DNA from: the human T2T-CHM13v2.0 reference genome, Homo sapiens
Direction: 5' to 3' (one strand)
NCBI RefSeq assembly: GCF_009914755.1
Contig: NC_060936.1
Length of the DNA stretch: 64,000 nt
Below, piece by piece: positions 62,641 through 64,000 of this stretch (positions are counted from its first letter, which is position 1; every line of letters begins with the position of its first letter). Below the pieces are notes generated by a model. It saw only the letters and a program-made list of their open reading frames with translations, had not been told where the DNA came from and ran no database searches. The translations under genes were made by a program, and so were the position numbers.

Positions 62641-64000
62641 TTTCTTTTTTTTATTATTATACTTTAAGTTCTGGGATACATGTGGAGAACGTGCAGGTTT
62701 GTTACACAGGTATACACGTGCCATGGTGGTTTGCTGCACCCAACAACCCGTCATCTACATTAGGTATTTCTCCTAATGCTATCCCTCCCCTAGCCCCTGA
62801 CCCCCTGACAGGCCCCTGTGTGTGATGTTCCCCTCCCTGTGTCCATGTGTTCCCATTGTTCAGCTCCCATTTATGAGTGAGAACATGTGGTGTTTGGTTT
62901 TCTGATCCTGTGTTAGTTTGCTGAGAATAATGGTTTCCAGCTTCATCCATGTCCCTGCGAAGGACATGAACTCATCCTTTTTTATGGCTACATAGTATTC
63001 CATGGTGTATATAGGCCACATTTTCTTTATCCAGTCTATCATTGATGGGCATTTGGGTTGGTTCCAAGTCTTTGCTATTGTGAATAGTGCTGCAATAAAC
63101 ACATGTGTGCATGTGTCTTTGTAGTAGGATGATTTATAATCCTTTGGCTATATACCCAGTAATGGGATTGCTGGGTCAAATGGTATTTCTGGTTCGAGAT
63201 CCTTGAGGAAGCACCACACTGTCTTCCACAAAGGTTGAACTAATTTACACTCCCACCAACAGTGTAAAAGCATTCCTATTTCTCCACATCCTCTCCAGCA
63301 TCTGTTGTTTCCTGACTTTTTAATGATCACCATTCTAACTGGCATGAGATGGTATCTTACTGTGGTTTTGATTTGCATTTCTCTAATGATCAGTGATGAT
63401 GAGCGTGTTTTCATAGGTTGTTTGGATGCATAAATGTCTTCTTTTGAGAAGTGTCTGTTCATATCCTTCACCCACTTTTTAATGGGTTTGTTTGTTTTTT
63501 CTTGTAAATTTGTTTAAGTTATTTGTAGATTCTGGATACTAGCCCTTTGTCAGATGGGTAGATTGCAAAAATGTTCTCCCATTCTGTAGGTTGCCTGTTC
63601 ACTCTGATGATAGTTTCTTTTGCTGTGCAGAAGCTCTTTAGTTTAATTAGATCCCATTTGTCAATTTTGGCTTTTGTTGCCATTGCTTTTGTGTTTTAAT
63701 CATGAAGACTTTGCCCATGCCTACGTCCTGAATGGTATTGCCTAGGTTTTCTTCTAGGGTTTTTACGACGTTAGGTCTTACATTTAAGTCTTTAATCCAT
63801 CTGAGTTAATTTTTGTACAAGGTGTAAGGAAGGGTTTTCTTTCAGTTTTCTGCATATGGCTAGCCAATTTTCCCAACACCATTGATTAAATAGGGAATCC
63901 TTTCCCCACTGCTTGTTTTTGTCAGGTTTGTCAAAGATCAGGTGGTTGGAGATGTGTGGCATTATTTCTGAGGCCTCTGTTCTGTTCCATTTGTCTATAT
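62641..64000 (-). mobile_element. L1PA (L1PA7/8-like) 3' end, runs off window
   Basis: ttattattatactttaagttctgggatacatgtg 3' end; ORF2 C-terminal fragments (MFIAALFTIAKTWNQPKCPS). Confidence 0.95.

Overview
Primate genomic DNA, very likely human because it carries an AluYb8-type insertion. The window is dominated by interspersed repeats: Alu, L1, L2, MIR, ERV1 and MaLR LTRs, Tigger1, MADE1 and MER5. I found no intact protein-coding gene; most ORFs in the supplied track are Alu, L1 or LTR translation artefacts. The main hidden feature is a decayed multi-exon cytosolic sulfotransferase gene on the minus strand, with five recognisable exons at 60417-60603, 56673-56799, 46998-47083, 46676-46851 and about 34120-34235. 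The first coding exon was not found and probably lies beyond the right edge. It carries stops, frameshifts and an apparent loss of the catalytic His, yet keeps canonical splice sites. From recall it is most likely SULT6B2P; this was not verified by a search. The left end holds an ERV1-type provirus nested in an old L1, with an env TM remnant bracketed by a duplicated PPT-like 16-mer. The window also has many locally templated insertion and template-switch scars, including 59-bp and 117-bp copies taken from 1.7-1.8 kb away. Repeat subfamily names are from recognition by eye, and the boundaries of old repeats are approximate.
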